Part shown: piece after piece, positions 1 through 6,710 of the stretch | How the letters are laid out: each line of letters begins with the position of its first letter | Position numbering within the stretch: position 1 is the first letter of the stretch | NCBI RefSeq assembly: GCF_000940845.1 | Contig: NZ_CP010341.1 | Coordinates: forward strand, 1,650,001 to 1,682,000 | Reading direction: 5' to 3' | DNA: 32,000 nucleotides | DNA from: Propionibacterium freudenreichii subsp. freudenreichii | GTDB lineage: Bacteria; Actinomycetota; Actinomycetes; Propionibacteriales; Propionibacteriaceae | Position numbers and translations under genes: made by a program | The notes under the pieces: generated by a model | What the model was told of the DNA's origin: nothing | What the model saw: the letters and a program-made list of their open reading frames with translations, nothing else | Database searches by the model: none

Positions 1-265
1 TGTTGGATGGATGTGAGATTGTGACGCGCGCAAACGCATCCCGCTGAACGGAACGGCGATTCGCTCCCGATAATTCCCGTCCGTCCGCAGGGACGGGCCG
101 GACCATCGACAACGACGCCACACACTAGGTCTGGAGCGGCGTACACGGCGCTGACCAATTCTAGCTGTGCGGTTCACGCTGAGGCAAAAGACCCCCCGGA
201 TGGCAAATCACGTTGTCATCGCCGGCACATGCGGCGCGCGGTGACCAACCCGGACGCGGCATGGT

Positions 266-299
266 CATGCCCCATCCCCCGGGCAGGAGATGGGGCATG
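266..299 (-). terminator. GC-rich hairpin about 50 nt downstream of the gabD stop; possible intrinsic terminator without a U-tract
   Basis: Perfect 11-bp inverted repeat CATGCCCCATC (266-276) / GATGGGGCATG (289-299) with a 12-nt loop. A second small hairpin, GGGCGG (314-319) / CCGCCC (326-331), is followed on the minus strand by CAUUUCG. No clear U-run follows the large stem. Confidence 0.35.
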
Positions 300-347
300 T
301 TGCCCACGAAATGGGGCGGGTTGGACCGCCCGTCCGGACCCGACCGA

Positions 348-1814
348 TCAGCGCCAGGGGTTCGGCAGGGCCACGTAGATGGTCTCGAGGTATTCCTCGA
401 TGCCCTCGAAGGAGCCCTCACGTCCGAGGCCCGATTCCTTCACGCCGCCGAAGGGTGCTGCGGCATTCGAGAACAGTCCGGCGTTGGCGCCGATCATTCC
501 GGTCTCCATGCGCTCGGCGAAGCGCTGGATGCGATCGAAGTCACGCGTGAACACATAACCCGCCAGTCCGACCGGCACCGAGTTCGCGATGTCGAGTGCC
601 TCCTGCTCGGTGGAGAAGGTGGTGATCGGGGCCACGGGACCGAAGATCTCGGTGCGCATGATCTCGGCATCGGGCTTCACGCCGGTCAGCACGGTGGGCG
701 GGTAGAAGCTGCCGACGCCGGTGGGCACCTCGCCGCCGGTCTCGAGCTTCGCGCCCGCCTCGACGGCGCGATCCACCAGCGCCGCAATGTTGTCGCGGTC
801 CTTGGTCGCGATGATCGGACCGACCTTCGTGTTGGGATCCAGGCCGTCACCGATCGGCAGCGACGACATCCACGCGGTGAACTTCTCGGTGAATTCGTCG
901 GCGATCGACTCATGCAGGATGAAGCGGTTCGCGGCGATGCAGGCCTGACCCATGTTGCGCATCTTGGCCGCCTTGGCACCCTCGACCGCGGCATCGACGT
1001 CGGCGTCATCAAAGACGACGAAGGCCGCGTTGCCGCCGAGCTCCATGCTGATCCGCAGGTTGTGGTGGGCTGCCTGGGCGCTGAGCATCTGGCCGACCGG
1101 CGTCGAGCCGGTGAACGACAGCTTGCGCAGGCGCGGATCATCGATCAGCGAGTCGACCACCTTGTGGTCGGTGCAGGTGATCACATTCACCACGCCGTCG
1201 GGCACGCCGACGTCAGCGAGCACCTTGCCGAACAGCAGCGTGGTGAGCGGCGTCGACGACGCCGGGCGCACCACGACGGTGCAACCCGCAGCCAGCGCCG
1301 GAGCGATCTTGCGGGTGGCCATGGACAGCGGGAAGTTCCAGGGCGTCACGAGCAGACAGGGTCCCACCGCGCGCTTGCTGATCAGCTGGCGCAGGTTGCC
1401 CTCCGGGGTGGGCATGTAGCGCCCCGCAATGCGCACGGCCTGCTCACTGAACCAGCGCACATATTCGGCGCCGTAGGTGATCTCGCCGTAGCTCTCCGCC
1501 AGGGTCTTGCCCATCTCGAGGGTCATCACCCGGGCGAAGTCGTCCTTGCGCCGCTCGACCTCATCGAAGGCGGCACGCAGCAGGTCGGCACGCTCACGCG
1601 GCGCAGTCGACTGCCACTCAAGTTGGGCCCCGACAGCTGCGTCGAGGGCCTGCGAAGCCTGGGTCACATCGGCGTTCGCGATGCTTGTCAGCACCTCGCC
1701 GGTGGCCGGGTTCGTCACATCGAATGTCCCTGCAGCGCCTTCGACGTTCTTGCCGTTGATGTACAAGGTACGCGGAGTGTCGGCGGGAAGCTCATGACTG
1801 ATCTGTTCGCTCAC
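348..1814 (-). CDS. gabD: NAD(P)+-dependent aldehyde dehydrogenase, succinate-semialdehyde dehydrogenase (GabD)-like, 488 aa
   Basis: Frame of ORF 348..2798 trimmed to the GTG at 1814 (VSEQISHELPADTPRTLYINGKNVEG...VTNPATGE). ALDH hallmarks: FTGSTPVG, catalytic Glu in MELGGNAAFVV, catalytic Cys in GQACIAANR. The upstream 328 codons of the ORF are Arg/Gly/Pro-rich junk lying antisense to the sortase gene. Confidence 0.85.
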   Translation of the reverse strand: MSEQISHELPADTPRTLYINGKNVEGAAGTFDVTNPATGEVLTSIANADVTQASQALDAAVGAQLEWQSTAPRERADLLRAAFDEVERRKDDFARVMTLEMGKTLAESYGEITYGAEYVRWFSEQAVRIAGRYMPTPEGNLRQLISKRAVGPCLLVTPWNFPLSMATRKIAPALAAGCTVVVRPASSTPLTTLLFGKVLADVGVPDGVVNVITCTDHKVVDSLIDDPRLRKLSFTGSTPVGQMLSAQAAHHNLRISMELGGNAAFVVFDDADVDAAVEGAKAAKMRNMGQACIAANRFILHESIADEFTEKFTAWMSSLPIGDGLDPNTKVGPIIATKDRDNIAALVDRAVEAGAKLETGGEVPTGVGSFYPPTVLTGVKPDAEIMRTEIFGPVAPITTFSTEQEALDIANSVPVGLAGYVFTRDFDRIQRFAERMETGMIGANAGLFSNAAAPFGGVKESGLGREGSFEGIEEYLETIYVALPNPWR

Positions 1815-1820
1815 GCCACC

Positions 1821-1826
1821 ACTGTA
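1821..1826 (-). promoter_or_regulatory. Candidate -10 hexamer TACAGT placed for a leaderless gabD transcript
   Basis: Minus strand reads agac-TACAGT-ggtggc-GTG. A TANNNT hexamer sits exactly 6 nt before the GTG start at 1814, and no separate SD is present. Confidence 0.35.
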
Positions 1827-2033
1827 GTCTCGCGCAGCGCGCGCCCAGCGATGCGCAGCCCGCCGATCGGGGACACTTAACGGACCCGTAACATGGGCGC
1901 CGGGCGAGCCCGCCGCCACCCGCGGCAGGACTGCCGATCGATCGCACTGACCGCTGCGCCATAGTCGCCACCACCCCACTGCCGCCTCCCCCGCCGGGAG
2001 ACGAGGAGACGGGGAACCGGAACGGGGAACGCC

Positions 2034-2747
2034 ATGACGAGGACCGGGATCCGCCTGGTGCGCCTGCTGGCACTGGTGGCGTTGGTCGTGGGACTGGGAC
2101 TGGTGGCCTGGCGGGTGGTGCTGATCACCCCCAGCGACTACGAGAAGCAGCTGCCGACCGCCCCCGGCGCCCCGATCCCCGACGCGGCCTCCGCGGGGCT
2201 GGCGGGAACCGGTCCCGCGCACGGGCCTGCCAACGGAACCGGCGGTGGTGCGGTGCCGGCCGGTTGCGATCCGCAGCCCCGGCCCCTGGTCGGGGCCCGC
2301 ATGACCCTCGAGGGCCACCGCAGGTCGATGCCGATGATGTCCCTGGGGGTCGCCCCCGATCAGGCACCGGCCTCCCCACCGTCCCATCTCGGCAACACCG
2401 TCGGCTGGTTCGATCGCAGCGTCCCACCGGGAGCGGCACAGGGCCGGGCGGTCCTCACCTCGCACACCTTCCGATGGGGAGGGGCACTGGGCAACGAGCT
2501 CAACCACGGCCTGTTGGCGCCCGGCGACGTGATCCGCATCTCGGATGGCGGGGGCCGCGACGTCTGTTACCGGTTCACCGGGGCACTCAAGGTGCGGGTC
2601 AGCGACTACCGACCCGATTCGGGGCTGGTCTACGACAATGACGGTCCCGCGCAGCTGGTGATCGTGGTGTGCTCGGACTATCCCCTGGTCGGCGACGCCG
2701 CGGCATCGCGCGCCCTCTATTACGCCGACCTGGTGACCGGACCCTGA
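2034..2747 (+). CDS. Membrane-anchored sortase-family transpeptidase (class F-like), 237 aa
   Basis: ATG at 2034 is preceded by GGGGAA. N-terminal TM helix (LVRLLALVALVVGLGLVAW) and a Pro/Gly/Ala linker. Sortase-like order of candidate catalytic residues: His in AVLTSHTF, Cys in LVIVVCSDY, Arg in ASRALYYADL. GNTVGWFDRSVPPG resembles the class F 'VGWY..G..PG' segment. Confidence 0.55.
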   Translation: MTRTGIRLVRLLALVALVVGLGLVAWRVVLITPSDYEKQLPTAPGAPIPDAASAGLAGTGPAHGPANGTGGGAVPAGCDPQPRPLVGARMTLEGHRRSMPMMSLGVAPDQAPASPPSHLGNTVGWFDRSVPPGAAQGRAVLTSHTFRWGGALGNELNHGLLAPGDVIRISDGGGRDVCYRFTGALKVRVSDYRPDSGLVYDNDGPAQLVIVVCSDYPLVGDAAASRALYYADLVTGP

Positions 2748-2766
2748 TGCGAGCGCCGCAACGGAC

Positions 2767-5445
2767 TCAGTGGGCTGCGGCGTTCCAGCTGCGGCCATAG
2801 CCGAAGGACACGTCGAGGGGCACCGTCAACTCGATCGCATGCTTCATCTTGTCGCCGACGATCTGTTGCACGCGGTCGCGCTCCCCCGCCGCCACCTCGA
2901 GCACCAGCTCGTCATGGATCTGCAGCAGCATGCGGCTCCTGAGGCCCGAGGCCGACAGTTCCTGCTCGACCTGGAGCATGGCGGTCTTGATGATGTCAGC
3001 CGCGGTGCCCTGCATCGGGGCGTTGAGGGCCATGCGCTCCGCCATCTGGCGACGTTGGCGGTTCGACGAGTTCAGGTCGGGCAGATAGCGACGCCTGCCC
3101 AGCATGGTCTCGGTGTAGCCCTGCTTGCGGGCCTTCTCCACGAGGCTGTCGAGATAGTCGCGCACGGGCCCGAAGGTCTGGAAGTACTGGTCCATCAATG
3201 CCCGCGCCTCGGGCACCGAGACGTTCAACCGGCTGGACAGCCCGTAGGCCGACAGGCCGTAGGCGAGCCCGTAGTTCATCTGCTTCACGCTGGAGCGCTG
3301 GGCCGGCGTCACCTGCTCGACGGGCACGTCGAAGACATGCGAGGCAGTCATCGAGTGGAAGTCGGCACCCGATGCGAAGGCATGGATCAGCGTCTTGTCG
3401 CCGGAGGCCGCCGCCATCACCCGCATCTCGATTTGGGAGTAGTCGGCGCTCATCAGGCCCTCGAAGCCCTCGCCGGGCACGAAGGCATCGCGGATGCGGC
3501 GTCCCTCGGGGGTGCGGATGGGGATGTTCTGCAGGTTGGGGTCGGTGCTCGACAGGCGGCCGGTGCCCGCCACGGTCTGCACATAGGTGGTGTGGATGCG
3601 CCCGTCATCGCTGGTCGACTTGATGAGGGTGTCGATGATCTGGCGCAACTTGATGGTGTCGCGATAGGCCAGCAGGTGCTCGAGGAAGGGATGCCTGGTC
3701 TTCTGGTACAGCTTCTCCAGGGCGTCGGCGTCGGTGGTGTAACCCGACTTGGTGCGCTTGGTCTTCGGCATGTCGAGCTGGTCGAACAGCACCGCCTGCA
3801 GCTGCTTGGGCGAGCCGAGGTTGATCTGGGTGCCAATGGCCGCGAACGATGCCTGCTCAGCGGCCTGCACGCGCGCGTCATATTCGCTGCGCAGCTGGTC
3901 GAGCACGTCCATGTCGATGGCCACGCCCCGCTGCTCCATGCGCGCCAGCACACGTTCCAGCGGCATCTCGAGGCTGTGCAGCAGGCCGCGCTGGCTGGTG
4001 TCGTCGAGCTCGCCGTCGAGCACCCCGGCCAGCTCCGCGATGGCGCGTGCCCGCAACATGGCGGTCTCGGCGGGTTGGCGTTCGGACCCGAAGTCGAGGG
4101 TCTCCTGGTTCACCTGCTCGGAATCCTGGACCCGCAGCTCGCGTCCCAGATGGCGCAGGGCAAGGTCGTCCAGGTCGTAGCTGCGCTGGTCGGGACGCAG
4201 CAGGTAGGCGGCCAATTGGGTGTCGCTGTCCAGTCCCGCAAGGTCGAGCTGGCGTGCCCACAGGGCCAACAGTGGACCCTTGGCGCCGTGCATGGCCTTG
4301 GTCGCCTGCGGGTCGGTGAGCCACGCCGCCAGGGCCTTCTCGTCGTCGGGGGTCAGTTCGGGCACGTCGACGCATGCGGCGTCATCGCTGGTCGTCGCGA
4401 AGGCCAGCGTGTCGATGTCCCCGGTTCCGGCGCCCCAGTGCCCGGTGGCCTCCACGCCGATCGGGTCGTCGCTGCGATGGGCCGCGAACCAATCACCGAG
4501 CCTGCCCGGCTCCGGACGGGTGACCTCGAGCTCGAAGCCCTCCTCACCCTTGGTCTCCCCCGCCTCGGGGAAGACGCTGAACAGGCGGTCGCGCAGGGTG
4601 CGGAACTGCAGGACGTCGAAGACCTCGTGGACGGCCTCGCGATTGATCTCGGCCCGCGCCAGGCCCTCGACGTCGACGGGCAGCTTGAGGTCGGTCAGTT
4701 CCCGGTTGAGCTCGCGGTTGCGCTTCACATCGTCGAGGTGCGCCCGCAGGCTGTCGCCCACCTTGCCCTTGATCTCGTCGGCGTGGTCGAGCAGGTTCGC
4801 CAGGTCGCCGTACTTCGCCAACCACTTGGCGGCCGTCTTGGGGCCGACCCCGGGCACGCCGGTGAGGTTGTCACTGGTGTCGCCGACCAGTGCGGCCAGC
4901 TCCGGATAATGGGTGGGGCTGACGCCGTACTTGGCCTCGACGGCCTCGGGCGTCATGCGTGACAACTCGGAGACGCCCTTCTTCGGATAGAGCACCGTGG
5001 TGTTGTCGTCGACCAGCTGGAAGCTGTCGCGGTCCCCCGACACGATCAGGTTCTCCCAGCCCTTCGCGTCGGCCTGGGCCGACCAGGTGGCGACGATGTC
5101 GTCGCCCTCGAAACCCTCGAGCTCGGCGTGGGCGATGCCCATCGCGTCCAGCACCTGCTTGATCAGCCCGATCTGGCCGGAGAACTCCTCGGGGGTCTTC
5201 GCGCGGGTGCCCTTGTAGTCCTCGTAGATGTCGGTGCGGAAGGTGCGTCGTGAGACGTCGAAGGCCACGCCCAGATGCGTCGGTTCCTCGTTGCGCAGCA
5301 GGTTGATGAGCATCGACGTGAAGCCGTAGACGGCGTTCGTGTACTGCCCGGTGGAGGTGGAGAAGTTCTCCACGGGCAACGCATAGAACGCCCGGAAGGC
5401 CATCGAATGGCCGTCGATCACCAGCAGTCGCGCAGTCTCAGTCAC
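2767..5445 (-). CDS. polA: DNA polymerase I, 892 aa
   Basis: GTG start at 5445. 5'-nuclease N-terminus LLVIDGHSMAFRAFYAL...GVPGVGPKTAAKWL. Pol A motifs DYSQIEMRVMA (A), KQMNYGLAYGLSAYGL (B) and LQIHDELVLEV (C). Confidence 0.97.
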   Translation of the reverse strand: MTETARLLVIDGHSMAFRAFYALPVENFSTSTGQYTNAVYGFTSMLINLLRNEEPTHLGVAFDVSRRTFRTDIYEDYKGTRAKTPEEFSGQIGLIKQVLDAMGIAHAELEGFEGDDIVATWSAQADAKGWENLIVSGDRDSFQLVDDNTTVLYPKKGVSELSRMTPEAVEAKYGVSPTHYPELAALVGDTSDNLTGVPGVGPKTAAKWLAKYGDLANLLDHADEIKGKVGDSLRAHLDDVKRNRELNRELTDLKLPVDVEGLARAEINREAVHEVFDVLQFRTLRDRLFSVFPEAGETKGEEGFELEVTRPEPGRLGDWFAAHRSDDPIGVEATGHWGAGTGDIDTLAFATTSDDAACVDVPELTPDDEKALAAWLTDPQATKAMHGAKGPLLALWARQLDLAGLDSDTQLAAYLLRPDQRSYDLDDLALRHLGRELRVQDSEQVNQETLDFGSERQPAETAMLRARAIAELAGVLDGELDDTSQRGLLHSLEMPLERVLARMEQRGVAIDMDVLDQLRSEYDARVQAAEQASFAAIGTQINLGSPKQLQAVLFDQLDMPKTKRTKSGYTTDADALEKLYQKTRHPFLEHLLAYRDTIKLRQIIDTLIKSTSDDGRIHTTYVQTVAGTGRLSSTDPNLQNIPIRTPEGRRIRDAFVPGEGFEGLMSADYSQIEMRVMAAASGDKTLIHAFASGADFHSMTASHVFDVPVEQVTPAQRSSVKQMNYGLAYGLSAYGLSSRLNVSVPEARALMDQYFQTFGPVRDYLDSLVEKARKQGYTETMLGRRRYLPDLNSSNRQRRQMAERMALNAPMQGTAADIIKTAMLQVEQELSASGLRSRMLLQIHDELVLEVAAGERDRVQQIVGDKMKHAIELTVPLDVSFGYGRSWNAAAH

Positions 5446-5451
5446 GTGCCG

Positions 5452-5457
5452 AGCCTA
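5452..5457 (-). promoter_or_regulatory. Candidate -10 hexamer TAGGCT placed for a leaderless polA transcript
   Basis: Minus strand reads ccc-TAGGCT-cggcac-GTG. TANNNT sits 6 nt before the polA GTG start at 5445, with no SD. Confidence 0.35.
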
Positions 5458-5551
5458 GGGCGTGACGGTGACATCGCGCATCCGCCCGCCCGCTCCACGG
5501 ACCTGTGCGTGGGCCGATGCGTGCTCGCGCCAGTGCCCCGGCGCGCGGCCC

Positions 5552-6175
5552 TCACTCGGAGGTGGTGTCGGCCTTCTCGTGCTGCACGACGCCCTCGGCG
5601 ACCTCGCGCATCGACTTGCGCAGGTCCATCGCCGTCTTCTGGATCCAGCGGAAGGCCTCGGGCTCGCTCATGCCCAGGGTGTCCTGCAGGATGCCCTTGG
5701 CCTGGTCGACGGCCTTGCGCGAGGCAAGGCGGTCCTCCAGCGTGCCGACCTCCTCGTCGAGTGCCACGATCTCGGAGAACCGTGCCTGGGCGATCTCGAT
5801 GGCCGGCACCACATCGGAGGAATCGAAGGGCTTGATCACATAGGCCATCGCGCCGGCCTCGCGGGCCTTCTCCACCAGATCGCGCTGGCTGAAGGCGGTG
5901 AGCATCACCACGGCGGCCAGGCGTTCCCCGGCAATCTGCTCGGCGGCGGTGATGCCGTCCATGACGGGCATCTTCACGTCGAGCACGACCACGTCGGGCT
6001 CAAGTTCCTTGGTCAGCTTGACGGCGGTCGCGCCGTCGCCGGCCTCACCCACCACGTCATAGCCCTCATCGGTCAGCAGTTCGACCAGGTCGAGCCTGAT
6101 CAGCGCCTCGTCCTCGGCGACGAGCACACGAGTCCGCTTCTGGGCGGGCTGCTTGTCGGACTTCTTCGTCACCAT
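5552..6175 (-). CDS. pdtaR: ANTAR-domain response regulator (PdtaR-like), 207 aa
   Basis: ORF 5552..6478 trimmed to the ATG at 6175 (MVTKKSDKQ...). REC domain: RVLVAEDEALIRLDL and phospho-acceptor context VVLDVKMPVMDG. C-terminal ANTAR: LASRKAVDQAKGILQ...EAFRWIQKTAMDLRKSMREVAE. The untrimmed ORF would run through the tRNA gene. Confidence 0.9.
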   Translation of the reverse strand: MVTKKSDKQPAQKRTRVLVAEDEALIRLDLVELLTDEGYDVVGEAGDGATAVKLTKELEPDVVVLDVKMPVMDGITAAEQIAGERLAAVVMLTAFSQRDLVEKAREAGAMAYVIKPFDSSDVVPAIEIAQARFSEIVALDEEVGTLEDRLASRKAVDQAKGILQDTLGMSEPEAFRWIQKTAMDLRKSMREVAEGVVQHEKADTTSE

Positions 6176-6394
6176 GTGCCTAATCCTGTCTACCTCTATC
6201 GTGGGCCACCGACCACACGCCTGAACGAGTCTATCGTCTGCAAACCCCGGATTGGACCACCGGCCCCGCCACCGCGCCGGGCCCCGCGGTCGGCCGCACC
6301 CGGGAAACCCGCGGCCCCGGACAGTGGGGCGAGCATCCGCGCCGCCGCCGGCAAGTCGTCCCGGACGCACGATTGTGCCAGAATAGTTCCGCTC

Positions 6395-6477
6395 GCCCGA
6401 GTGGCGGAATGGCAGACGCGGCGCACTCAAAATGCGCTGTCCGAAAGGGCATAGGGGTTCGACTCCCCTCTCGGGCA
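6395..6477 (+). tRNA. tRNA-Leu (anticodon CAA), class II with a long variable arm; CCA not encoded
   Basis: Acceptor stem GCCCGAG/CTCGGGC plus discriminator A. Anticodon stem GCGCA/TGCGC with loop CT-CAA-AA. Variable arm GTCCGAAAGGGCAT. T arm AGGGG-TTCGACT-CCCCT. Confidence 0.9.
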
Positions 6478-6500
6478 CCCTTCATCCCTCATTGACCGCA

Positions 6501-6548
6501 CAGCACCGGTCCTGCACGGCACCAGTCCTGCATGACACCGGCCCTGCG
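6501..6548. repeat. Three tandem 16-nt units directly downstream of tRNA-Leu
   Basis: cagcaccggtcctgca / cggcaccagtcctgca / tgacaccggccctgcg. Unit 1 vs 2 match 14/16; unit 1 vs 3 match 11/16. Confidence 0.7.
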
Positions 6549-6596
6549 GGGCAGATCCATTGCGTCCCACGACGCTGCGGGCTGCTGCCAGCGCCC

Positions 6597-6650
6597 TGCC
6601 CCACATGACACTGCCTACACGTCATTGCCCACATGCAACCGCCCACATGC
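6597..6650. repeat. Three copies of a GCC(C)CACATG motif
   Basis: tgccccacatga (6597-6608), gcccacatgc (6627-6636) and gcccacatgc (6641-6650). The last two are identical 10-mers 14 nt apart. Confidence 0.6.
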
Positions 6651-6652
6651 CA

Positions 6653-6688
6653 CTGGCGGCGCCATGGCCGAAGCCACGACACCGCCAG
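6653..6688 (-). terminator. Strand-specific 16-bp hairpin with a UUCG tetraloop, 23 nt downstream of the pyk stop; likely pyk terminator or 3'-end stabiliser
   Basis: Minus-strand RNA CUGGCGGUGUCGUGGC-UUCG-GCCAUGGCGCCGCCAG gives 13 Watson-Crick plus 3 G.U pairs. On the plus strand the three wobbles become C.A mismatches. No U-tract follows. Confidence 0.5.
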
Positions 6689-6710
6689 AAGTCATTTGCG
6701 AGGGCCCTTG

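Noticed and set aside
1-106. Possible minus-strand ORF starting at the ATG at 106 and running out of the window (MVRPVPADGRELSGANRRSVQRDAF…).
   Set aside because: No SD, a low third-position G/C compared with genuine genes here, and only 35 codons visible. The evidence is insufficient.
190-300. C-rich loops (CCCCCC at 192-197, CCCC in the 266-299 hairpin loop) reminiscent of actinobacterial 6C sRNA.
   Set aside because: The two-hairpin 6C architecture with C-rich loops in both hairpins is not reproduced. The large hairpin is more simply the gabD terminator.
213-1880. 555-aa plus-strand ORF antisense to gabD.
   Set aside because: It is a mirror-frame ORF typical of high-GC genomes, where stop codons are rare on the antisense strand. 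The composition is Arg/Gly/His/Asp-rich with no recognisable motifs. The opposite strand carries a complete, motif-rich ALDH.
1815-2798. N-terminal 328 codons of ORF 348..2798, which would make an 816-aa protein.
   Set aside because: The ALDH domain starts at residue 329. The extension is Arg/Gly/Pro junk that overlaps the sortase gene on the other strand. The GTG at 1814 has a TACAGT-N6 promoter context.
2770-4962. 730-aa plus-strand ORF antisense to polA.
   Set aside because: Same high-GC antisense artefact. polA on the minus strand has all nuclease and polymerase motifs.
6176-6478. Upstream extension of the pdtaR ORF (5552..6478).
   Set aside because: It would read through the antisense of tRNA-Leu. 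The REC domain begins right after the ATG at 6175.
6395-6710. tRNA-Leu as the attachment site of an integrated mobile element.
   Set aside because: Only 233 nt separate the tRNA from pyk. There is no integrase and no cargo, and I could not see a duplicated tRNA 3' segment. At most it is a scar, which is reported as a low-interest finding.
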